Below, piece after piece: positions 35,200 through 47,700 of a DNA stretch of 64,000 nucleotides; position 1 is the first letter of the stretch, and every line of letters starts with the position of its first letter. The notes beneath the pieces were generated by a model. That model saw only the letters and a list, made by a program, of their open reading frames with translations. It did no database searches and was not told the origin of the DNA. Made by a program: the position numbers and the translations under genes. The DNA comes from Monocercomonoides exilis PA203 (Eukaryota; Protista; Preaxostyla). The stretch lies in contig LSRY02000052.1 in assembly GCA_001643675.2 (NCBI GenBank), forward strand, positions 558,001-622,000, written 5' to 3'.

Positions 35200-38089
35200 A
35201 TGATTACAGGAATTGTTGCAAAGTTTATACAGGTATTCTTCAAACATTTATTTATATTTGATATAAAATAATGTATTTTTTTTATGAAAACACGAAGCCA
35301 TACCTTCTCAATTTCGATTCGAAAACACTTAACATCAGCCTTTCAGGCGAGGCAGTAATCCAAAAAGCTGGTTTGAATTTATGCTAGAATGCATTTATCT
35401 CATTTATTGATTTGGGTATTGCATTAATTGAACTGTCTGCAAAATTTTATTTTGATAAGAGTTGAATGTCGAATTTTTGACAGCACAACTTAATTTGCCT
35501 TTTTTGATTGAAAGAGCAACTTGTAATCATATATATGCTACAATCCCGTTAAGTTCCGCAGATACTAATCCATTGCTTGTAACTATCGACAAACTCGAAG
35601 TGTATATGGCACTTGAAACGCCTCCTCCAACAAGGCCACTCAAACTAATTCTCACTCCCGAGGCTTATGAAACCGTAATGAAGCAACAGCAAAAGAAAGA
35701 AGAGAAAAAAAAAGGAGAAGAGAAGAAAAAATTAAAGGAAGAAAAAGAAGAACGAAAAAGATTACTGAAAGAAAAGGAAAAAGAGAAAAAAGAAAAAGAC
35801 ATAACACTTTCTACAAAAGAAATCGAAAGCGAAATTAAAAAGCAACATAAAAAGGAACAAGAAAAACAAAAAGCAGACACAAACGAATTTGGATTACCAG
35901 ATTTTATAATGAAACGAATACGACATGCAAGCGTAAGGATTCACGAGATTATCATAAATGTCCGAGGGCCCGGAGAAGCACCGGAAACACCGGAAACACC
36001 TTCGAACGATCGCTTTCAACATATTCCAACACAGCCTCCCTCTTCTTCATCGCAAAAGTCGTCCTCTTCGCCTCGGACTCCTCAGCCTCCTCCACCGTCG
36101 AACATGTCGCTCAGACAAAGAAAGGTGTTTCGAGCACCCTGTTTGATATTCCACATACACAACTTCCTTTTGCACACAGCCGACGAAGACGGGAAGCTGC
36201 TGAAGCCATCAGAGTGGACGCGTAAGGAGAAAGGAAAGAAGGAGAAGAACCTCAACAAGGAGCTTCTCATCGAACGTGTTGGAGTCTCTCTTGTGTCGCT
36301 GGTCGGGTCACTCCGAACAGAGCCTCGTGTCATTCCCTCCGCCAGCGACGGGAAGAAGAAAGGATCCACTGCGCAGCTGCAGCTTCTGCCGTGGCTGCAC
36401 GGGCTGCCCGCCTACCGCCATGCGCACATTCCGATCCCGGTCGTTCCCGACTTCCCCTTCCGCGCTCGTATCAGCGCCGGAATTGCGCGGCAGACGCACG
36501 CGATTGTGGCGGTGGGGCTGATGATTACGCTGGATGTGCTGAGTCTGCCTATTACAATCTACACCGCACGCACCTTTGCGCAGTGGGTGGACAGCGTTGT
36601 GCAGTTCATAAAGACAAGCAAAGAGGAGCGGAGCAAAGAAAACACGCTGACTGCAGAGACAGAAGAGAAGACGAAGAAAGAGGCGAAAGAGAAGGAGGCG
36701 AAAGAGAAAGAACGAAAAGAGGCAGAAAAAGGAGAAAATCTTCTTGAGACAGAAGGACGGCTGACTGTCACGTCGCTTTTGAAGCAAATTCCCTTCCGCC
36801 GTATTTCGTTCTCCTTCTTCCTCCACAAATTCTCTCTTACGCTCAGCTGGCCGAAGCAGAGGAGAGCTGCCTATGCAATGCACTCACAGATGCAATCACA
36901 CACTTTTCAGCTGCTCCAGTCAAATGCAACATCCACAAAACAGCTTCCTCCTCCGAATGCTTCTGCCAATCCTTCTCAGTCAACTTCTTCCTCATCTTCC
37001 ACTAATGCCACCAACAACACAGCAAATCCTTCTTCATCTTCTGCTCCATCCAAAGCAGAGCCAGGGTCTCCTCATTCAGCACTCGAAGACGTCTCTCCCA
37101 TCAGCCCGTCTGCGCAGACGAAGATTATTTCGCTTGTGGCTGAGCACATTCTGCTGGGCGTGACACTCACAAACATTTCTCCTTCAAAGCCAGAAGCTTT
37201 TCTTTCGACTGTTCTGACCAAAAAGGAGAGGCAGCTGGGGACATCCTCGCTCAATCCGAATGCTCTCTCTAATTCCCTCTTCTCTTCCATTCCTCATTCG
37301 CTGAGCGCTTCACACCCGAATCCTTATCCTTCCATGACTTTATTTCGCTCCTCGGCATTCGACCAGAAATCTCTTATTGCACTATACTCTGCAGCTGCTG
37401 GTTATATTTCTCCTTCTTCCTCCTCTTCCTCCTCTTCTTCTTATGCTCATCCGGCTGTTCTTATTCCACCTCCTTCATCATCCACAATCATCACAACTTC
37501 ATCTGATAATTTTACTGCTCAGACTGTCAACACAACTTCTGCATCTTCTTCATCCACTTCGGCCTTATCAAATCCATCATCATCATCAGCATCATCATCC
37601 CCTTCATCAAACTCTTCTTCTTTGAAAGAGTTGTCTTCTCTTTCGTTTTCTCAGGTGGGTCTGATGGCTGTTGGAATAGCAGCAGTCATCGGCAGAGTCA
37701 CCACGTCACACAATCCAATCTACGCAAAGAAACACGAACCTCCTTCGCCACATTCAACAACCACTGGAAATGATTCAAATACTCCATCATCATCATCATC
37801 ATCATCCTCTTCTTCTTCTTCTTCTTCTTCTTCTTCTTCTTCTTCTTCTTCTTCTTCTTCTTCTTCTTCTTCTTCTTCTTCTTCTTCTTCTTCTTCTTCT
37901 TCTTCTTCTTCTTCTTCTTCTTCTTCTTCTTCTTCTTCTTCTTCTTCTTCTTCTTCTACTTCATCTGCAATCAAACCGCTTTTTCCATCTCCTTCTGCAC
38001 ATCCTCTGTTTATGTACATTCCTTCTCTCTCCCGTTCTGCTGCTCCTTCCATTTCTCATCCGTTTTCTCCTTCTTTGCACAAACCATCT

Positions 38090-38122
<33 letters not shown>

Positions 38123-41100
38123 ATTCATCACTATCCAAATATTCAGCGCCAAGGAAGAGGAAGAGGAAGAGGAAATCGCTCGATGGATTCGAAGTTTATG
38201 CCCATTGCCGACAACGGCCTCCTTTTCGAGTGGCCGACCTCTCTTTTCTCTCAAACCGTGTCGTACAGCCAGCTTCTCGTCCAAAACGACTCAGCTGGCT
38301 GCATCGGAGGTGCCATCACAGAAATCTCTTCGGCCGACCCGCCGTTCTTCTCGTCCACAAAACGATTCGACAATCCGAAGGCGTTCATCACACTGGAAGA
38401 GTCCAACGCAAATGGCGCATCGTATCTGCCTGCCATCCATCCGCCGCTGCCTCCGCCTTCAAACTTCCACAAGCCAAAAGTCAAACAGATCTCTCTCAGT
38501 GCTTTTTTGCCTTCTGTCTCTTCCTCTTCCCCTTCTTCATCAACACCTTCATCATCTTCTTCATTGTCTTCTATTTCTTCATTGTCTTATTCTTCTTCTG
38601 CTGCTCAGCTTCAGCCCCGTTCTCGTGCCCAATCTGTTGCCGTGTCATCCCTCCACACTCGCTCTTCTACTGGTTCTGCTCCAACATCGATACCACCTTC
38701 AACAAGTTCTCAATCTTCCTCTTCGCCTTTCTCTGCTGCAACTTCTTCTTCTTCTTCCTCCTCCTCCTCTTCCTCTTCCTCTTCCTCTCATCCATCCCAC
38801 AAGTCATCTGGTCTGCAGCGTTCGTCTTCTGTCTCGTTGAACTCTTCAAATGAAAGCAGCCAACAAACATTCAATCCATTCGCATCTGTCCAAACAACTG
38901 CCTCAACTTCACAAAACCGCCCAACTCCTCCTCCGCCTCAATCTCCTTCTTCCGCAGCATCAGCACAGCCTCCTCTGCTGACACAGACACTGAAGCCTTC
39001 AAATTCTGCCTCTCCTTCTCCTTCTCCCTCTCCCCTTTCCTCGTTGCCTTCTTCTTCTTCCTCCTCTCCTTCTTCTTCCCCTTTCTCTTCTCCTGTTGCC
39101 TCGTCTGTCTCTCAGCCTTCTGCTGCTGCCACTCGCACTCGCAGCGGAAGTGTTGCTCCAATTGCTCCTCCTTCTCTCCCAGCTGCCCTTTCGTTCCCTG
39201 TTGTCACCACTTCCTCATCCACCACCCAATCTGCTCATCTCTCTGCCTCTTCTTCCTCTCCTGCTCTAACACAGACACAGACACCAGATGCCTTTGCCTC
39301 TGCCTCTGCCTCGCGCTCTCATCCTCCTCTGCCTTCCAACGTGATTGATCCATACATTTCCCATCACATCGTCGATCCTTCCCTGCGCGATGACACAGAA
39401 GATCCTTATTTGTACTACTTCTCTGAGACTCCTGCGCTGCTGATGCGTTTTGAGGTGTTCCGCCTCTCTTTGAGCCCCGACGACAAAGAAGTGACCTCAA
39501 TTCTTGTTAGACGGAAAGTGGAGCAGGAGAACAAGCCAAACAGCATATTCAATCGCCATTCAGACAGAGAAGAAGACGCAGCGAAGATTAAGCCACCCGA
39601 AAAGGCATCAATCTCAACACACCTGCGCCTCTCAATAGCACCAATGCATTCTGTGTTTGGGGCACCAGTGGTGAGTGACATCATCACATATGCAACAGAA
39701 ATGCTGCGGATGAGCCGAAGAGTCGAGAAGGAGATTGCACCGTCTGCCACACCAGGCATCTCTGCCCAGCTGCCAGCCACAAACATTTCTCCTCCTCCGA
39801 CTGCTGCTGTGTTCTCGTCTGCTTCTTCTTCCTTCACAGCAGAAAGAGAACAGCCAGATGGACAGCAGAGAAGAGCATCACAAGCAGATGAGCAGGTGCT
39901 GGCGACCGTGAGAAGTCCATCTCCTCTTTCATCACCTGCTCTGTCTGATGGCACTACACACACGCAAAACACACAAAACACACAGAATGCACAAAATGCA
40001 CAGAGAAAGCAGAATGAGGGAGCTAAGCCAGCATTCATGTCGAAGTTAGTGAATGAGATTATGGAAGAGTTCTTTTCTGATACGAAAGACAGCGAAAACA
40101 ATCCAAACATCGTTCAGGTAGGGCAGCACGAAACAACTGCATCAAAAGGCGAGTCAATCAATCCATTTCAGCTGGCATCCACAGCCTCCTCTCTTGCTCA
40201 GTCCAATTCGCTCACAACTGTCCCTCGCTCCACACACAACATATCAATTGTTCTGTCTGATTGTATTCTCTTCCTGCCAATCGTTGTGGCTAATTCGATT
40301 TCTTCCTCTTTTGCCCTCCTTCCTTCCTCATCGCCTGTGATGAATGCTTCTTCATCGCCTTCTCTTTTCATGCTCCGCTTGGGTCCTCTGAGTCTGCAGT
40401 GTCTTCGCGACAGCTCTGCCTCTTCACAACAACAAGCAGACAATCAGATCAGAAAGAAGACACAAATCACTTCTTCTTCTTCATCCAGTGGCAAGTTCTC
40501 TCTTCTTCTGACTGGGGCACTTCAGAATCTGTCTCTGGCGTATCTTCAGCCAGGTACTGATCTTTGGTCCTTTGTGTTGCATCCTGTCTCGTCGGGTGTG
40601 GTTTGCACGCTCTCCTCCTTCAAAGACATCGCCCGGCGGATGCAGCAGATTGCCACACCGCCTAATTTGGCAGAAGGGAATGGGCAGAGCAGAGAAAGAG
40701 GAGCACCCGAGGCACTGGTGGCAGTCAACTTCGAGATGAACTTCTCTCCGCTGGCTGTGTCGCTGAGGAGGCATCTGCTGTTTCTCTTTCAGATGTTCAT
40801 TGCTGACTACACAGCAGTGTTTAGAGCGAAGATTGAGAAGCTGACGCTCATCACAGAGTGGGTGAGGAGAGACGAGATTGAGGCTCGTTTACAGCAGCAA
40901 CAGCAGATGCTGCAGAAGAGCGACAAGATCGCAGGTGATGTTCAGAATGAGACAGACTCTTCTGTTGCTGTCAGTTCTGCCACTCCTCCTCCTTCAACAG
41001 CCACACCAGGTGCACCTTCATTGGACATTCCTTCTGCTTCAACCACAAATACCCTCAAAGGCGACAGTTCTGCTGTGATTGTGGCGCCTTCTGCTGTCCG

Positions 41101-44100
41101 TTCGAGTGCACTTGTTGAATCCAGCACAGCCACACATACTTCTTCTGATGCTTCTGAAGCAGAGTCTCGCAGCGCCGAGCAGTCGAGTCTGTTTTCTGTG
41201 TTTCTGTCAGTCAACTTCAAATCGATCAAGGCGAACATTTCAGCCCAACAGAGCTGGCTCCATCGCATCGCTGATGCTGTGCGGGTGCGGCCAGGTTTCC
41301 ATCTTCCTCCTCCGTTTGGTACATCGAGTGAGCTGATGGCGCTGAGTGAGACGATTCTGGCACTTGCATACGAAAAACCGCTGACGATGCTGTCGGAAGA
41401 AGAGAAGCAGACGGAGACACTCGCAAAGGGCTTGACTTTGGCAACATCAAAAGAGGAGACGTTTCTCTGTGTAGTCATCTCGTCTGTTGCCCTCACAACA
41501 CACATTGTCCCCCCAACACAGACGATGAAGACGAGACAGTTTTCGTATCTGCAACTGAATGGAGAGGTTGGAAAGATGGCGATGTTCCGCCCGTTTCAGA
41601 ACTCAGCCACAATGGGCGATGGCATCTTGTATTTGAAGACATTTGACGGGAACGACATCGAAAAGGCAGGAATGAACCAACCTCAGAACTTGCATTTGAA
41701 CTCTTCTATATCTTCTGCATTTCCGTCTGAAACAAATGATTCAACGATATTCCCCACTTCTCCAAAAGACAATGCACAACCTTCTCAATCTCGCAACTCA
41801 TCATCATCTTCTTCGTCTTCTTCTTCACATCCATTTGTGATAGATGGAGTCGAACGTGCCAGCGCAACAAAGCTGAAGCTGTCGATTGCTGCATTTCCTC
41901 CGCCGAACTACAAAAAGCCGCCGAAGTTTGATGTGGACGAGGCGTTTGTGAGGTGGAAGGCGACAGAAGCTGAGCGGGCAAAGGAGAAGAGGCGGAGAGA
42001 GCTCATTCGGGTGCAGGAGATATTCGACTCACAGCAGCGCTGGCAGCTCGGCCAGGCGACACAAGAATGGGAGGAGTTTCTGTGGAAGGACGAGGAGATC
42101 GAAGCGAATCCCTTCGACATACACAAACGCCGCCCGTTTGGGATGTTTGCAGAGAGACAGGCGAACATCGTGCCTTCTCCTTCGTCTTCTGCGTTCACAC
42201 AGCTCTCTCCGAAGCCCTCGCGCACCCAGATGGAATCATCACCCTCAGAAAGTGCTGAAAGAGGCACACTTTCAAAAGAAAGAACAAGAAGTTCTCTTTC
42301 TTCGCTGCCAACACCGCCACTCCCGCTGAACTCGACTGCTGTTCAGAATGGAGAAGACCCACTCAGCCAGCCGCCAATCATTCGCCCTCTTCTGCTAAGT
42401 TCAAATGGGTCACTGGATCCTTCAACTGAATCTGCTTCTGCTTGCACAAATTCTTCGGCTTCTGCTTCTTCATCATCTTCTACATTATTGTCTTCCATTT
42501 CGCGATCCAATAATTCATCATCATCATCGTCTTCTTCTTCTACTACTACTACTACTTCTACTGCTGTTAATTCTTCCTCCTCTCTTGCTACACATGAATC
42601 ATCACCTCCAGTTGATCCACCGTGCACTGTGATTGACATGGCATTCCCAACTCTTTTCCTCTCGACTGACTTTGTACCGATGGTGCAACTTCTCCTCCTC
42701 TTTCTCCCCATGCAGATGGCTGAAGGGCCAGGAAATGCTATGAAGCTGAAGATCAAAGTGGACGAAGCCTCCGTCCATCTGCCATCCGACGATGTTGTCA
42801 GCAAAGAAGGCCACCTCAGCGACGGTTTGTTTCTGTCACTGATGAAGGCAGATGTCGGCGTCGCTATCGAATGCACAGGCGATTTGAGAGTGAATGGCAA
42901 GGCGACGATAAGCTCAGATGAGCTGCTGTTTCCATCGCCGACTGTCAGCTCGCTGCTTTCGAATGTGCAAACGCCGACTCCTCCGTTTGACATAACTGCG
43001 CACAACAGAATTCCCTCTGATTCTGAGTCTGCTGCAATCAGGGCACAAATTACAGGGCAGACTTTTCTTCCGCCAAATGTGGATGCGACGCGTCTTCCTC
43101 TTCCCATTCGGCTGCTTCTTTCTTCGCTTTCCACAAAGGAAGTGAAATATCTCCCAAAACTGACTCAAATCATTGTTCCGTTTGACTTCGACTTTGACAT
43201 GATTATTCCTCCTTCTTTTTCTCTTGCTCGGCCTGAAGCACCACTCGGAACAGTCTTCCCATTCAAGCTCCTCAAAGCAAAGTTTGACAAAGCTCGCAAC
43301 AAGCCAGATGAGCCAAGTGGAGAAATTGAAGGAGGAGAAGACAGAGAAGACAGAGAAGAAGAAGAAAGGGAAAGAGAAGGAGGAGAAAACAACGCATCCT
43401 CAACATCGTCCCCAGTTAAGAAAATAGCAGCACCCACTCCGCAGAAGGAAGAAGTGGCTGATTTGAACAGCTGGCCCGTTGCCTTCACTGCCCACAGCAT
43501 TCGAGCACTTGGCAACTTCATCGCGAGAGTCGTGCGCTTTTCGTCGTCGATCTCGCTGGTGATGCAGGAGTGCTATCCGAAGACACGCCAGTTCACAAAG
43601 CGGATTCTTGCCTCATCCAAATTCCGGCGCATCTTCCAGATCCCGTGGGAACCCCTCTTCCAAAGAGAAGAAGAAGAAGATGATGAAGAAAGAGAAAGAG
43701 CTGAAGGAGAAGGGGAGATGTGTTTGAGAAAGGGCACAGCAGTAGGAATTGAAAATGTAACTGAAAGAGAAGAGAAGCAGAAGTGTGAAGGCAGCAGCCC
43801 ATTTGCCACAACTCCTCCATCTGCCCTCCAAACAGAGACTGATCCGTTTGCCACTCCGCGGCGTGTGCAGCGGACGGCGACTGAAACGAGACGCGATTCG
43901 GAGGCGCTTCGGTGGGTGAAGCCAGATAGGCCGAAGATGAATGCGGGGAATGCCTCGCAGCACTCGGCGGAGGAAGAGGAGGAGGAGGACGAGATAATCA
44001 GAGAGATGAGGGAAAAGAAGAGAGCGAAGGAGACAGAAGCGCAGAGGAGAAAGAGAGAAAGAGAGAGAAAAGCGAAGCAGCTTGGCGATGCACAGAGCTC

Positions 44101-44425
44101 GTTGAATGAGATTGTGATGACGAGAGAAGAAGTGGCTAAGCTGAAGGGAACACGAAAGGACCTGATGAGGATATCGAAGGAGGAGCTGCTGCAGCTGCAG
44201 GAGCAGTTGGAGCGGCAGAGAGAAGAACACCGAAGCATCCTGCAACAAATACAGCGCGGAATACTCGAAAGAGACTTGCTGCTTCTCGATATCTTCAAAA
44301 AGCAGCAGAAAGTGTCGCAGCCTCCGCCTGTTTATCTTCCGGCTAAAACAGGCTCGGACCCAGAACATGTGAATGCATTGCGGCAGCAGGAGCAACTACT
44401 TGCAGGAAGGCAAATTCGAAAGTAG
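35200..44425 (+). CDS. ~3020-aa chorein-N bridge-like lipid transfer protein, BLTP3/UHRF1BP1-like
   Basis: Two small 5' exons give MITGIVAKFIQPYLLNFDSKTLNISLSGEAVIQKAELNVEFLTAQLNLPFLIERATCNHIYATIP...PLLVTIDKLEV (chorein-N pattern); beta-rich hydrophobic blocks separated by Ser-rich inserts; C-terminal coiled coil. Confidence 0.7.
37787..37957 (+). repeat. Coding (TCA/TCT)n microsatellite, ~57 consecutive Ser
   Basis: Mostly pure TCT run in frame within the large ORF. Confidence 0.95.
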
Positions 44426-44731
44426 TGAAGCTCATATTGAAATAACTTCAATTTATTTATTTTGCAAATAGTTTATTTACGTTTCTTTTAACTTTGTTTT
44501 GTAATTTGGTTATGAACATTATTTAGAGGGTTTTGATTTTTCTTTTCTTTTCTTTTTGCTTTTCTGTTTCTGTTTTTGTAATATGAACATTTGAATTTGT
44601 TGATTTTATACATTATTTTAGGCGTGATATTTTGAATTACAATGATCAAAATTCCCAAACAACTTATTTTTTAAATTAAAAGTTTAATTTTGAATAATAA
44701 AACTTTTTAATTGACCTTGCCAAATTTTTCC

Positions 44732-47700
44732 ATGTCCTCAAATGCTCGTCTAACTCATTCTACACCAGTTGGACCAAATTCTTCATTTAACATATCACCT
44801 CCAAAGGATCCTGCTTCTCTTGATGCTGATTATCATAATGAGCCAACCTTTTCGCCTCAAGTCCTAAATGGTCTTCATCGTTCCCAAAATCAAACTCCAA
44901 CTTCTCGCGCATCATTTCCTGGAGGGATGACTACACCTGCAACTCCATCTTCGTTTTGGGGAGGCTCTTTGGAAGATTTTGAAGTTTCTCGAGTTTCTTT
45001 GTCTTCTGTGAAAACTCCAGAAACATCAAATGCAAGAGTTATAACAATGTCACCTGTTTCAACATATTCGACGAATTATCCTTTTGATGGTTCATCTCTT
45101 ACAACCGGAATTCAAAAAGACATAACTCACCCCTCAAAGCAACCTCTTCCACCGACAAGCATACTTCCACCGAAACTACCTCCAATTGACTTTGAAAGGG
45201 ATGAAATATATTTTCCAAAAGAAGAACTTTCACATTTCCCTTCTCCATTAAAGGAAGCAGACGATCATAATTACGATATCCTTGGAGAAAGTCCAGCAAA
45301 TACAATCTATTCTAGTCCATCTCAAACAAAGAATAAATCAAACGAACATTCAAAAATATTGCAACCTTCGCGAGATGTTTCTTCTCCTGAAAAGTCTGTT
45401 CGAGACAAAGATGACAAAATCAATGATAATTCTCACGAACCAAAATCAACTTCTTTTTCTGATGCGCATGTTAAACCTTCAGATACAAATGGGTTTGAAA
45501 TGGCATACATTGGTGAAAGGAAAAACGAAGGGCAAAATGTTTTGCATCAAAAAAACCCGGAAATGTTAATGAGTCATGAAGATATAGCCTCTATTAAGAG
45601 CAAAGCAAGTTATTCAAATTCAGAAAAGGATGTAAGTGCATTTGAAGATGGAGGGAAAATTAGAAAGAAAGCGAAAAAACACTCGAAGAAGAACGAGAAT
45701 GAAAAATCGTTGGGGCTCAAAAATGAACGAAAACATTGTGAAAATAAAAAACCAGTTGAAGGAAAAGAGGAAGAAGAAAATTCCGATGAGAATATTTCCG
45801 AATTAAAAAATAATCATCTCAACAAGGTAAAAATTGGAGCTAAAATAAAACACAGGAAAAATATTTCCCAATACAAGGATAAATCTGAAGAAGACGAGGC
45901 TGAACCAGAAGAAGAAGAGAAAGATGAAGAAGAGAAAACGGAAAAAGAAGATAATAATGAAGGGGATGAAGATTATACTGATGATTATATTGATGATGAT
46001 GACGACGACGATGAAAAAGAAGACGATGCCAATGAGGAAGAAGAAGAAGAAGAAGAAGAAGATGAGGATAATGATGATGAAGAGGATGAAGATGATGAAA
46101 TGGAAGAAGAGGAAACAAACAAAAGCGAATATGGCAGTCAGCACGATTCAAGTGAAAACAAAGAAGACGAAGCAGATGAAACAGAAGAAGAAGAAGATGA
46201 TGATGACCAGTCTGCAACTGAAGAGACCAATGGAAAAAGTGAAGTGGAAGACTCCAAAGATGAAACGGATGAAGAAAGCGATGCTGATACGTTCACTAAC
46301 GATGACAACGATGATAATGAAAATAGAGAATATGAAAGCTCTGATGAGAAAGCTGAATCAATCAAATCGAAAAATGCAAAAAGAAAGAGGAAAAACAATC
46401 GTGAAAATGAGAGCTTTTTAGAAAAAAGTGTGAGGCTGCGACGAAATGGAAAAAAAAAGGAAGCAGTGATGGAACTGTTCCTCGCAGAAGTTGACGAGCT
46501 AAGAGAGACGCTAAGACGCAAAGAAGAAGCTTTGGACAAAAGAGAAAAAATGTTGAAAACACAAGAAATAAAGCAAAAAAATGCAAAAGAGAAAGCAGAA
46601 CGAAGAGAAAAAGACAACGAGCCCAACATTCTTAAAAGCAAATTGGAAGATGAAAACGAACCTGAAAAAGAAGAGAAAAGAAAAACCACAAAGGCAGAAA
46701 ATGAGCTTGATGAAATAACACAACAAGTGATTGAAGATACGATTAAGAGTGCAGAAGCAGAGTGGAGAGAAGAAAGACAGCTATTGAATGACTCATTTGA
46801 AGAAGAGCTAAGAAAAAAGAACGAAGAACTGCAGAAAGTGAAAAGTCAGCTGAAAAAAGAGAAGGCCAATGGAGAAAGGATGAAGCAATGGGTAGACACT
46901 CTCAAAAAGGAGAAGAAGGCAGCTGTCCAGGAAAAGGAAGAATTGAACGAAAAACTGCAGGCTATGCAGAAGCGTTCTGGAGTGTTAGAAAGAACAGTGA
47001 ATGTGATGAAGAAGGAAAAGAAAGAAAAAGAAGAGGAGGTAAAGAAGAACGAGGAAGAAAGAATTCGAGAAAAAGAAAGTATAAGAAGAGAAATGGAGAG
47101 AATGAAAGCAACTCTTCGAGATAAAACAAAAGAAGACAATTTGTTGCGACAAGAACAGCAGCAAGACATCGAAGCAAAGGCAAAGGAGATCAAAGAGCTT
47201 CGTAAAAGAATGCAAGAGCAGACAGAACAAATTGCGAATCTGCAACAAAAGCTTTCGACGACGCAACATCAAAAAGATGAGCTGTTGAGATTTTTGATGA
47301 AAAAAGAGGAGCAGGAAAAGAAGGAGAAGCAAGAAGCTATCATGAGAATAGCCACCGAAGAAAATGAGCAACGAAACGAACAAAAGAAGGTTCTCGAAAG
47401 AAATGAAATGGAAAAAGATGGATCAGACTCATCGTCGTCTGCAGCGGTTCCACAATCTGAGGTTGAAAAATCTACACAATGCACTCAAACAGACTTTCCA
47501 GAGAATGTCCAGCCAGAAAAGAAAAGAAAAGTGACCTTCCAACAAAATTCCTCACAGCCCCAGTTTGAAAGCAATGCAATTGAAGCATCAACTGCAGGTA
47601 CTACTTCCGATGCGGAGTTATCTGTTCCCTGTTCTCCTCCTTTCTCGTCTTTTGCATCTTCTCCAACATGTAAACAGCCGCATTTTCAGTTGCAACAATC

